A stretch of 64,000 bases of DNA from Octopus sinensis (taxonomy: Eukaryota), in contig NC_043022.1 of assembly GCF_006345805.1 (NCBI RefSeq), positions 4,402,001-4,466,000 of the forward strand. Reading direction: 5' to 3'. Within the stretch, counting starts at the first letter, position 1. Each line of letters begins with the position of its first letter. A program made the position numbers and the translations under genes. Positions 25,041-36,543 of the stretch are shown here, piece after piece. The notes under the pieces are model-generated. The model searched no databases. It was not told the origin of the DNA and worked only from the letters and a program-made list of their open reading frames with translations.

Positions 25041-26490
25041 ATGTATGTTCTGCCCTGAACAGCACGCCGTGGGATAAAAATATAAAATGCTTTAGTTGAA
25101 AAATAGCTAAGGGTTAGTGACGGGAAGAGCATCCAACCACGAATAGTAAAGTTCTGTAAGCAATACATCCCTGTCCAATCCATGCCAGCAAGGGAAAACA
25201 GACATTCAAATGAATGAACGACTGATTCTCCTGTGTAGGAACAGCTATGGCTGTGTGAGGGGCTCAGCTGTGACTGTGTGCTAAGAAGCTTGCTTACCAA
25301 CCACATGGTTCCGGGTTCAGTCCCACTGTGTGGCACCTTGGACAAGTGTCTTCTCCCATGGCCTTGGGCCAACCAAAACCTCGTGAGTGGGTTTAGTACA
25401 CAGAAACTGAAAGAAGCCTTTTACATATGTATATGTGCGTGTGAATTTTTGTGTCTGTATTTGTATCTCCATCAGTGCTTGACAACCAGTGTCGGTTTGT
25501 TTACATCAGCATAACTAAGCAGTTCAGCAAAAGTGACTGATAAAATAAGTACCAGGCTTTAAAAATAAAAAAATAAATTTTTTTACAATAAGCACTGAAG
25601 GTCAATTCTTTTAGCTAAAAATTCAAGGCAGTGCTCCAGTGTGGCCGTAGTCGGAAGACAGAAACAAGTAAAAATAAAGACAAAAACTACATGTACATGT
25701 ATGTAAAAACAAGCATGGCTGTGTGCTAAGAAGCTTGCTTATGAACCACATGATTCCAGGTTCAGTCCCACTGTGTGGCACCTTGGGCAAGTGTCTTCTA
25801 CTATAGCCCAAGCCGACCAAAGCCTTGTGAATGGATCTCATGGATAGAAACTGAAAGAAACCCATCCTATATATACATGTGTGTGTGTGTGTGTGTGTTT
25901 GTGTCTGCGTGTGTACCCACACCATCACTTGACAACCGATGTTGGTAACTTAGCGGTTCAGCAAAAGAGACTTATAGGATAAGTACTAGGCTTACAAAGA
26001 ATAAGTCCTGGGGTCGATTTGTTCAGCTAATGCTGCTCCAGTATGGCCACAGTCAAATGACTGAAACAAAAAGAAAAACAAAAAAAAGCTGTATAACTGA
26101 TGTCCGCTTCCTCTTGTCAGCTGATAGCCATCTCAAGAGATACGTGTACGTTATCGACTAAGCATGACCTACACTTACGTACAACAGACAGGCCACTCAT
26201 GGAACATCCATCGTTAAATATCTCTTGACAAGTAGAAACAGGATGACAGGAAAACAATTTCCATTGCCAGTCTTACTTACATCGGAGATGGTGGGGAGGG
26301 AGGCTGTCCTCTTAGACTTCTTCAAATAAAGATACCCACAAATCAACTGGAGTTTGATTCCAGAGTTGGTTTTTTTTTTTTATCAGTGATTTTAATGCAT
26401 GCACAGACAGACAAGCAAACAGGCAAGCCATTTTTCTCGTCTCCTGTACAGATACATGTTTTCTAACCTGTGTGTGTATATATACATATA

Positions 26491-26795
26491 CACCATCCGA
26501 ACGTGGCCGATGCCAGCGCCGCCTTGGCTGGCTTCCGTGCCGGTGGCACGTTAAAAGCACCAACTGATCGTGGCCAATGCCAGGCTCCCCTGGCACCTGT
26601 GCCGGTGGCATGTAAAAAGCACCCACTACACTTGCGGAGTGGTTGGCGTTAGGAAGGGCATCCAGCTGTAGAAACACTGCCAGATCAGACTGGGCCTGGT
26701 GCAGCTCCTGGCTTCCCAGACCCTGGTCGAACCATCCAACCTGTGCTAGCGCGGAAAACGGACGTTAAACGATGATGATGAAGATGATGATGATG
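26491..26795 (+). mobile_element. Family R element
   Basis: Monomers, core and (GAT)n tail. Confidence 0.85.
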
Positions 26796-26843
26796 ATACA
26801 CATATATAAGTAATAATAATATGATCATGATGATTTTATATAT

Positions 26844-27030
26844 ATATTCTGTTGTGTCTGGGGAGAGTAATTTTCTTTTTGTGCCTTACACACCGGTAAA
26901 ATTTCCACTTTTTCTTATTTTTACGAAAATTTTAGAATAGAAATAAGAAAAAAGTGGAAATTTTACCGGTGAGTGTGTTACATTATAAGGCACAAAAAGA
27001 AAATGACTCTCCCCAGACACAACAGAATAT
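26844..27030. repeat. Fold-back palindrome, ~78-bp arms, with a short insertion in the right arm
   Basis: ATATTCTGTTGTGTCTGGGGAGAGT...GGAAATTTTACCGGTG...ACTCTCCCCAGACACAACAGAATAT; abuts (TA)n. Confidence 0.92.
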
Positions 27031-27092
27031 GCTTCAACACACGAACTCATATAAATAACCTTACAAACCAAATCCAAAAACGAAATATATAC

Positions 27093-27472
27093 TCTCTTTC
27101 TCTCTTTTACTTGTTTCAGTCATTTGACTGCGGCCATGCTGGAGCACCGCCTTTAGTCGAGCAAATCGACCCCGGGACTTATTCTTTGTAAGCCCAGTAC
27201 TTATTCTATCGGTCTCTTTTGCCAAACCGCTAAGTGACAGGGACGTAAACACACCAGCATCGGTTGTCAAACAATGCTAGGGGGACAAACACAGACACAC
27301 ACTCACATACATATATACGACAGGCTTCTTTCAGTTTCCGTCTACTAAATCCACTCACAAGGCATTGGTCGGCCCGGGGCTATAGCAGAAGACACTTGCC
27401 CAAGATGCCACGCAGTGGGACTGAACCCAGAACCATGTGCTTGGTTAGCAAGCTACTTACCACACAGCCACT
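27093..27472 (-). mobile_element. SINE family A, full length
   Basis: Reverse complement of the family A consensus. Confidence 0.9.
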
Positions 27473-27572
27473 TTGCTATATATATGCACATATATATATA
27501 TAGGCGCAGGCATGGCTGTGTGGTAAGAAGCTCACTTTAAGGTGGCTAGTTGTGTGTGTGTGTGTGGCAAAG

Positions 27573-28315
27573 ATTTTGCCAGCTCACCACCCTATTATTA
27601 ATAATAATAATAATAATAATCCTTTCTGCTGGAGGCACAAGGCCACAAATTTGGCAGGTGGGGACTAGTCGATTACATTGACCCCAGTGTTTCACTGGTA
27701 CTTAATTTCTTGACCTTGAAAAGATGAAATGCAAAGTCAACCTTGGCAGAATTTGAACTCACAACAAAGATAATGAATATGCTGTAAAGTAATTTTCCTA
27801 GTGTCCTAATGATTCGGCCAGCCCACCAACTTTATAATAATAATAATAAAAATAATCCTTTCTACTAAAAGCAGAAGGCCTGAAAATTTGGGGGAGGGGA
27901 ATAGTTGATTACATTGACCCCAGTGTTTCACTGGTACTTAATTTATCGAACCCAAAAGGACAAAAGGCAAAGTTGACCTCGGCAGAGTTTGAACTCAGAA
28001 CATAAGGTCAGACGAAATGCTGTTAACCATTTTGTCCAGCATGCTATCAATTCTGCCACCTCACCACACAAATAACGATAATGGTTTCAAAGTTGCCACA
28101 AGGGCAGTAATTTTGGAGGGAGGGAATGAGTAGATTGCATTGAACCCAGTACGCAACTGGTACATATTTTATCAAGCCTGAAAAGATTTAAGGTGAAGTC
28201 AACCTCAGTGGAATTAGAACTGAGAATGTAGCAGCAGACGAAATATTGCTAAGCCTTTTGTCCGATGTGCTAACAATTCTGCCAGCTCACCACCTTAATA
28301 ATAATAATAATAATC
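27573..28315 (-). mobile_element. Head-to-tail array of three SINE-B-related copies separated by (AAT)n
   Basis: Repeated CATTGACCCCAG...TGGTAC...AAAGT(C/T)AACCT...GAATTTGAACTCA...TTCTGCCAGCTCACC at ~240-bp spacing. Confidence 0.8.
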
Positions 28316-28620
28316 ATCATCATCATCATCATCGTTTAACGTCTGTTCTCCATGCTAGCATGGGTTGGACGGTTCGACCGGGGATCTGGGAAGCCAGAAG
28401 TCTGCACCAGGCTCCAGTCTTATCTGGCAATGTTTCTACAGCTGGATGCCCTTCCTAACGCCAACCACTCCGTGAGTGTAGTGGGTGCTTTTTACGTGCC
28501 ACCTGCACAGGTGCCAGGCGAGGCTGGCAACAGCCACGGTCGGATTGGTGTATTTTACGTGCCACCGGCACGGAAGCCAGTCGAGGCGGCGCTGGCATCG
28601 GCCACGAGTCGGATAGTGCT
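28316..28620 (-). mobile_element. Family R element
   Basis: (CAT)n tail, core and two monomers. Confidence 0.85.
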
Positions 28621-29039
28621 TAATAATAATAATAATAATAATGATGATAACAATAATAATAATAATGGATCACTTCTCTGTTGTGGTGCAGGTGTGTAAT
28701 GTTTAGCACCATTTCTTTCGAAACCCCACATCTAATTTTACCGCTTCCTTGTGTAAGTATGGTAACATGGGGTTTCTCTAAGAATCTACCATTAACTAGC
28801 CAGTGAGGAACCAGGGTTCTAATTGATGGCCATATTGATTGGTTAATGTTGGTTATTTGTGGAGATCTTTGAGGAAAGGTTATTGTTGTGACATCAATGC
28901 AAGACCGCTGCATGGACATTGAGAGGTGTGGAAAGGTCAATCATGCTGAAGCTGAAGAAGACAGGAGGCAGAGCAGAACCTTGCAGCACTCTCCTCTCTG
29001 AGAAGCCATTGACAGCTTGTGCTGCTCTATTTCACATGA

Positions 29040-29700
29040 AATATGAAGGAAAGGGGAAATGTGAATGAGAGAGAGAGAGAGAGAGAGGAAATGGAAGAAG
29101 TTGGGGGGGGGGGGGGTAGAGGGACAATAGAAAGTGGTCTGGATTGGAAGAGGAGGAGAGGGAGAAAGAGCAAGGAGGAGAGGAAGGTGTATTTATTACA
29201 CAAGACAGGGAGAGAGAGAAATGGGGGGGAAGAAAGGGGGGGGGGGTAGTTTATGTGTATAAAAGGGAAGAGTGTATGTGTAATGTGAATGGAATAAGGA
29301 GGAAGGAGGGGGAAAGGGTGAAGCTAAACAGGATGAGAAGGGGGAGAGTAGGGGCTGAAATGGTAGTGGTTTGGGCGGGTGGTGGTGGATAAAAAGGGAA
29401 GTAGCTAGGAATGATAAGAGGATAATAGAAGAGAAGGTGAGAGAGATGGGGACAAATAGCAGGTTAGAGAGAGAGAGAGAGAGAGGGTGGGTATGTGGTC
29501 CAGAGAGAGAGAAGGGGGGTATGTGGTCCAGAGAGAGAGAGAAGCAGTGTGAGTAAGGGCTAGAGAAAGAGAGGGGGAGGAGTGTGATTGAGAGAGACAG
29601 AAGATAAGAGTGGTAGAGGGGAAAGGGGTGAGAGCTAATGAGGAGGGAGCAGTATTGTAATTGAGAGAGAGATAGAGAGAGAGAGAGGGGGGTATTTGAT
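29040..29700 (+). repeat. Polypurine (GA/G-rich) low-complexity tract
   Basis: Strong purine skew with G runs and (GA)n. Confidence 0.85.
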
Positions 29701-29984
29701 TGTATAAGAGATGGAAGGGAAAACAGTATGGAAGGAAGATGGGATGAGATAAGTAGTCTTTGTGTGTGTGTGTGTGTGTTTGTTTATACATGCGACTGCG
29801 TAGGTGATTGCGTGTGTATATATGTATACACACATGTCAATATGTGTGTGTGTGTATATATATATATACACACACACATGTATATATGTGTGTGTGTATA
29901 TATATATATACACACACATGTATCTGCATAGGTGTGTATATGTGTGCCTGTGTGTGTGTATATATATACATGTGCATGCATGTG

Positions 29985-30024
<40 letters not shown>

Positions 30025-30869
30025 TCTGTATGTGAGTGTGTGTGTGTGTGCATGTATAACTAATTAGTTGAATGTATATATGAGAATAATTGTGTACGAG
30101 ACATAACAGACTTGTATAGGTGTGTGTGTGTGTGTGTATGTGTGTGTGTGTGTGTGTAGAAAATTATGTAAACGAGTAGAAGCTGTGTGTGTGTGTGTGT
30201 TTGAAGGAGAAAATGGATAAAAATCAAAAGAGTGTGTTTATGTGGTCTGTGTGTGCAAACACAGTAATGAGTGGAATGGATTGGCAGAAGAGACTCTGTG
30301 TGTGTGTGTGTGTGTGTTGTGTGTGTGTGTGCGTGTGTGTGTGTGTGGTGTGTGTGTGTGTGCGTATGTGTGCGTGTGTGTGTGTGTGTTGTGTGTGTGT
30401 GTGTTGGACCAGGAACAGAGAAGGAGAAGAGTTCATAATTGAACATGACATCCCCGAGTACTGCAGCTGCTCCGAGAAGGGTCAGAGAAGACAAGAGGTC
30501 TCTAGTTCACTTCTAATCCAGATGCCAACCACCGACGCCACCACCAACACCACCACCACCACGATTACCACTACCACCGCCATCGCAGGCGGTTGCTGCT
30601 GCCGCCTTACAATGAAAGGTAGATGCTGGAAGAGAAGAAAGTGTGTGTGTGTGTGGTGTGTGTGTGATAGTTAAAGCCTGATTAGATTCAATATCAAAAT
30701 GACTCTCTTGGTGTTTGCTGACTTGGAAACCTGATTGAGCAAGTATGTTTGATGGTGGTGGTGGTGTTGAAGGTATGATGTTGGCGTTGGTGGTATCAAG
30801 ACGATGGTGGTGGTGGTGTGTTAGAGCATGGAACTGGTTGATGAGAGGGAGTGAGCATCAATAGATTGA

Positions 30870-31310
30870 CAGCAATATCGTGTATCTGTGCTTAGTGATG
30901 TGTTTGTGTGAGTTTGGTGTGTGTGTGTCGGTTTAGTGATGTGTGTGTTTAATTTTGTTTGTGTGTGCGTGTTTAGTGATATGTGTGTGTGTGTGTGTGT
31001 CGGTTTAGTGATGTGTATGTGTAATTTTGTGTCTGTGTGTGTGTATTTAGTGATGTGTGTGTGTTTAGTGATGTGTGTGTTTTTAATTTTGTGTGTGTGT
31101 TTAGTGATGTGTGTGGTGTGTGTGTGTGTGTAATTTTGTGTCTGTGTGTGTGTTTAGTGATGTGTGTGTGTGTAATTTTGTGAGTGCGTGTGTGTGTGTA
31201 ATTTTGTGTGTGTGTGTGTTTAGTGATGTGTGTGTGTGTGTGTGTTTAATTGTGTCCGTGTGTGTGCATGTTTAGTGATGTGTGTGTGTGTATGTGTTTA
31301 GTGATGTGTG
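30870..31310. repeat. Minisatellite of TTTAGTGAT(GT)n / TAATTTT(GT)n units
   Basis: About 10 recurrences of TTTAGTGATGTG among GT runs. Confidence 0.85.
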
Positions 31311-32250
31311 CCTCTGGAAAGTAACAGCAGTGACACCAATGCTAGTCATGTATGGAGAGAGAGAGAGAGAGGGAGAAAGATAGAAGGAGCAGCTAACAGC
31401 CGTTGGGTGCTGGCAAATTTGAAGGATAGGAGAGCAGTTCATTGAGTCATCTTTAAACAACAAGATGACAGCCAAACCAATAAACAAATAAACCCATTTA
31501 GGTTTGTAGGGATGCATGTGTGTGTCTTACCACCATGTGCACATGCAACTGTGTGTATGCGCGTATGTGCAATTAGTGTGTGTGTGTGTTTGCAGGATTG
31601 TGTGTGTGTGTGTGTGTGTGTGCGCCTTTGTCGAGCGCCTTGTGTCTTTGTCTCTTCCTTTTCTTTGGTTTTGTTTTCAAGACAAACATTAAACTCAAGT
31701 CTCGCTTTCCCCGTCTTTCGCCCTAAACTGTGCAATTAATGATGGCGCGACAGACAAAAAGTAAGGGGGGGGGGGTAAAAAAAGACAAAAAAAAAACAAA
31801 AATAAAAATGTTGCAACACCGCCTCCAAGGTTCATCTGATTTAATGGTGGTGGTGGTGGGGGGGGGGGGAGATTCTCGAGATGCAATGATGGTCGGATGT
31901 AAAGATATAAAAAGAAGAAGCTTTGGTTCTGATGTTGATGTCAGGAGCTTGTTAAATAAAAAGAAATGAGGAAGTTTTATGTATTCTGCTCACGGGATTT
32001 CATGACTGACCCCTCTCTTCACACAGACCCCCCCCCGTCACCACCAATCTCCCCCCTCCCTGGTCCCCACCCCTCTCCCCTTTTCTTCTTCCTTCTCCTC
32101 CTTTTTTGGGGTTCCTTTCGCTGCTGTGACTCACACAGACCTCACAGACTTTGAGCTTTTTCTCTGAGTCATGAAAGCTCAATGGCATCATAGTTCTTGG
32201 AGACATCTCTCTCTCCCTCACACACACGTTTACCATCACACACACACACA

Positions 32251-32640
32251 CACATTCATCATCTTAGAATTATACACATACACAATCAACACCATCACAC
32301 ACACACAGTCACATACATAGGACACGGACACACACACACACACGCGCATGTCCATCATACACACATACAAATTTACAGCACGATACACACACACCTTTTT
32401 TACCCCCATCCAGTATATACACACACACACTTAACCATCACACATTCATCATCTTAGAATTATACACATACACAATCAACACCATCACACACACACACAC
32501 AACCACCAGCATCTATCAGATACACACACACACACACATGTCCATCATACACACATACAAATTTACAGCACCATACATACACACCTTTTTTACCCCCATC
32601 CAGTATACACACACACACACACACACTTAACCATCACACA
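32251..32640. repeat. ~200-bp tandem duplication of CA-rich sequence
   Basis: CATTCATCATCTTAGAATTATACACATACACAATCAACACC and TTTTTACCCCCATCCAGTATA each occur twice. Confidence 0.85.
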
Positions 32641-33911
32641 TACACACACAAAATGTTATTTCCTTGTACATGGCCCCCACCTCTTGCTTTACGTGACCAA
32701 GATAGGATTGTATTCTGTCAGTGATATCATTACCTTTATTAATATTATTGTTATTATTGTTGTGTACATCAGCAGTGTGAACTAAATGTATGGCGGCAGG
32801 CAAGGCAGTAGCATAAATAAAAATTAGATACAAATAAATAAATTTGGAAAAAGAAAACCAGAGATGGCACCAGGCTATGGTGACAAAAGGAAGATTTATG
32901 GTAAAATTACCATAAAGGTTTATAAGGAGAGTTGAAAGCAGGATGAAGGGAGAGAAAGGGGAAAGTGAGGGAGAGCGTGAGGGAGAGAGACAGAGATAGA
33001 CAGATGAGCTAACACAAGGCTACATACAGAACAGGTCCATGTTTACATACATATATATACACAAACACATATATACACAAACACACACACAAACATTTAT
33101 ACACAAACACACACACACATATATACACAAACACACACACACACACATATACACAAACATTTATACACAAACACACACCACACACATATATATATATATA
33201 TATACACACACAAACACACACACGTAAATATATATATATATCAGATTTATATATGTAAATATAATGCATTCAGATAAAGGTTTACATTTAAATATATATA
33301 TACGTGCATGTGTATATACATACACACATGTGTGTGATTATATATATGTGTATGTATTCATTTGTGTGTGTGTGTATATATATATATAAATAGAGAGAGA
33401 GGTGGGGAGAGCATGTGACAGCATCGTATAAGGCACCTACCTAAATGCATCAACAAACTCCCATTTGATATGAAACATCTCTTGGGCTAATGGACACACA
33501 CAACAAGCAGACCGGCACGCAGCATCCCCAGAGAAACGGGTGTGCGTGCGCTGGTGCATGTCTACTCCAGGTGAGAGATGAAGTGAACGTGTTAATTATT
33601 ACCTTTCAACACACAACAGCCTCATGTCATATATACATACATATATCTATATATAAATACACACACACACACACACACACACATATAAATATACATACAC
33701 ACACACACACATATATATATATATAGCTATATAAATATATAGATACACACGCACACATATATATACCTATACATACATATATATACATATGATGATGATA
33801 TATATATATATATATATATATAAATAATAACGGAATATTTTAAAGAAACACTCATTATCGCTATGGGCTCCGTGTGGGCAGTCATCTAAAAGTTTTTGTG
33901 CATCTTGATGC

Positions 33912-34027
33912 TGACATAAGTTCCTTGTCTTTCCTGATGAGAAGGCGGCATAATGCACCTTTTATTCCGTCGAAATTAGGAATATGCAGTCTTCGAAACA
34001 TATGTCGAGAATAAAGGAATTTTGTTA
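33912..34027 (+). ncRNA. Putative type I hammerhead ribozyme (complete core, GUC cleavage site after 34006)
   Basis: CTGATGA at 33934-33940; stem II GAAG(33941-44)/CTTC(33991-94); GAAA at 33995-98; palindromic stem III ACATATGT; GTC triplet at 34004-06; stem I 33920-33933 pairs with 34007-34020 (4 bp + 3x3 internal loop + 7 bp) and extends further. Folded by hand. Confidence 0.75.
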
Positions 34028-34097
34028 AATCGTCGTTCAACTCCATTCTTTCATATATATATATATATATATACATACACACACACATACATACACA

Positions 34098-34304
34098 TGA
34101 TTGGGTACTGAAAAGTCCCTGGCTTTAAAGGTATTGCAAAAGGCCTGGGTGGAGGCCTAAACTTTCCGAGTTCTTGTTACAGGACTTAGAAAAACTGAAG
34201 GACCATAACAATAAGTGTGTGAATCAGAGAGGGGAACATGTTGAATAAAATCATAATTAACTGGTCCTCCTGCATTTTCTTTTACCCAAAGCCAGGAACT
34301 TTCA
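34098..34304 (+). mobile_element. Mariner-derived MITE retaining the transposase C-terminus
   Basis: Inverted ends CTGAAAAGTCCCTGGCTTT / AAAGCCAGGAACTTTCA; internal DLEKLKDHNNKCVNQRGEHVE* resembles the mariner C-terminal KCV--GEYVE* motif. Confidence 0.8.
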
Positions 34305-34766
34305 AGTGTGTGTGTGTGTGTATGCACATACACACACACACAACCATCATCATCATTTAACGTCAGTTTTACAAGCTGGCATGGGTTGGAGAATACAAGA
34401 GGAGCCAGTAAGCCGAAGAGCTGCACCAAGCTCTAGTTGCCCTGTCGTGGCTTGGTTTCTACAGCTGGGTGTCCTTCCCAATGCCAACCACTTTAGAGAG
34501 AGGACTGAGTGCTTTTCATGTGGCACCAACACCAACAGAGTCACTGAGTACCTTGAGAGACAAAAGAAAAACAAAAAAAGGCAAAGACCTTCTCAAGCAG
34601 GTGGGGATGGCTTTGTGCCGGTTGAAGATTATAGAGGGATAGATAGGGATCTTGCTGTAGATACATGGATAATCCAGTTGGAAATGATAGGAGAGTCAGT
34701 TAGAGAGTAAAATAAAGGGAGCGATATGGCAAAGATGTGTTGGGACATTAAGGGTATACATGTCTG

Positions 34767-34983
34767 AAGAAACGTTAGCATGCCGGGCGAAATGCTTAGC
34801 GGTATTTCGTCTGCGTTACGTTGTGAGTTCAAATTCCGCCGAGGTCGACTTTGCCTTTCATCCTTTCGGGGTCGATAAATTAAGTACCAGTTACGCACTG
34901 GGGTCGATGTAATCGACTTAATACCTATGTCTGTCCTTGTTTGTCCCCTCTGTGTTTAGCCCCTTGTGGGTAATAAAGAAATA
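34767..34983 (+). mobile_element. 5'-truncated SINE family B with 14-bp TSD, inserted into a family C tail
   Basis: TSD GGTATACATGTCTG at 34753-34766 and 34984-34997; the flanks match the 48165-48260 tail. Confidence 0.9.
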
Positions 34984-36276
34984 GGTATACATGTCTGTGG
35001 AGTACTCATCCACTTGCATGTTAATTTCAAGAGCAGGCTGTTCTGTCAGTTGGATCAACCGGAATGCTTGTCATTAGTAACATCAGAATGCTAGTACAAT
35101 GTAATTAAATCATTATATCCATTAATCAAACAGAACACCCCCCCCCAATATATTCATTACCATCAATAGCATCACAGCCATTATTGACATCTCATAGTTA
35201 GCACCACCACCACCACCACAACTATTACTAACAGTACCACTGTAACTATTTCCACCACCACCACCACCACCACCACCAACAACAACATAAGTTAGTACTA
35301 TTGCATCATTTACAGCTATCACACCACCAGCTCCACCACCACATCACAGCCACCAACATGCCCACCACCACCACAACCATCAACCATTGTGGTTATGTTG
35401 AAGGCAACACCAAACTATTTACCCTAAAATCCAATTTCTCTAGCATTATAGGCAGATGTGGTATCATTGCATAGGTGCCAATGTAACAATGTGTCAATGT
35501 GCCAATGACACAATTTGTCAATGTGCCAATGTCACTATATGACAATGTGCCAATGTGCCTTCACTCTCTCTGAATTGATGCAACTATTTTCAGTGAAGAT
35601 ATTGAGGAAAAGACAATAAAAACAAATAGAAATAGCAGTCAAATCTCACAAGAATCATATGCAATAGTCTAATTAATTAAATGTAGGAAGAACACACTGT
35701 GTACTGTAGTCCCAGATACACTGTGACTGAAAAAATAAAGTACAATGAAATGGTTATATAACTGAAAAGGCCCCTGGATCACAAGTCAGCTTCATCAGTA
35801 TAGACCTGGGGCTAAACAATAAGATCACAGCCACCGCCACCGTCCCCATCCCCATCCTCCCCCTCATCCCCATCCCCGTCCTCATCATCATCCTCATCAT
35901 CCTCAGTGGGTGGGTGTTATCTAGAGAACCCATCAGCTGTGTGTTTTAAACCGAACAGGTTCTGTGGAGGGAAAATTTAATAACAAAACAACTTCCTGCA
36001 ATTAAAAACCCGTTTACACAATTAAATAGATTGACACAGCTACACTGATGAGGCAACAGCAGCAGCAACAACAACATCATTATGAACATTTTTCCCTAAT
36101 AATAACAACAAAAATTACAGCAATTTAGAAGCCAATAATATATACAGGACAATAATAAACTGTGATTTCAGTTTTATGGCTGCAAGCATTTTCCAATTAT
36201 TGTTAAACAGTATTATCATAATATTATATAGTGTTGTTGTTGTCGTCGTTGTCATTATTATTATTATTATTATTTA

Positions 36277-36509
36277 AGGCGGTGAGCTGGCAGAATCATT
36301 AGCATATCAGGCAAAATGCTTACTGGCATTTTGTGCGTCCTTACATTCTAAGTTCAAATGCTGCCGAGGTCAACTTAGCCTTTCATCCTTTTAGGATTGA
36401 TGAAATAACTACCAGTTACACGTTGGGGGGGGGGTCGATGTAATTGACTTCCCCCCCACCCTTCAAATGTCAGGCCTTGTACCTCCTAGAGTAGAAAGGA
36501 TTATTATTA

Positions 36510-36543
<34 letters not shown>

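Noticed and set aside
28620-28940. 106-aa minus ORF with a WLVNG...SGKIRC Ig-like look
   Set aside because: Trp-to-Cys spacing is too short for an Ig fold, a stop codon lies immediately upstream, and no usable acceptor is in frame.
30450-30487. In-frame TGA as possible selenocysteine (SCLL*PFSEQ, minus)
   Set aside because: No SECIS-like structure is recognisable and there is no selenoprotein similarity.
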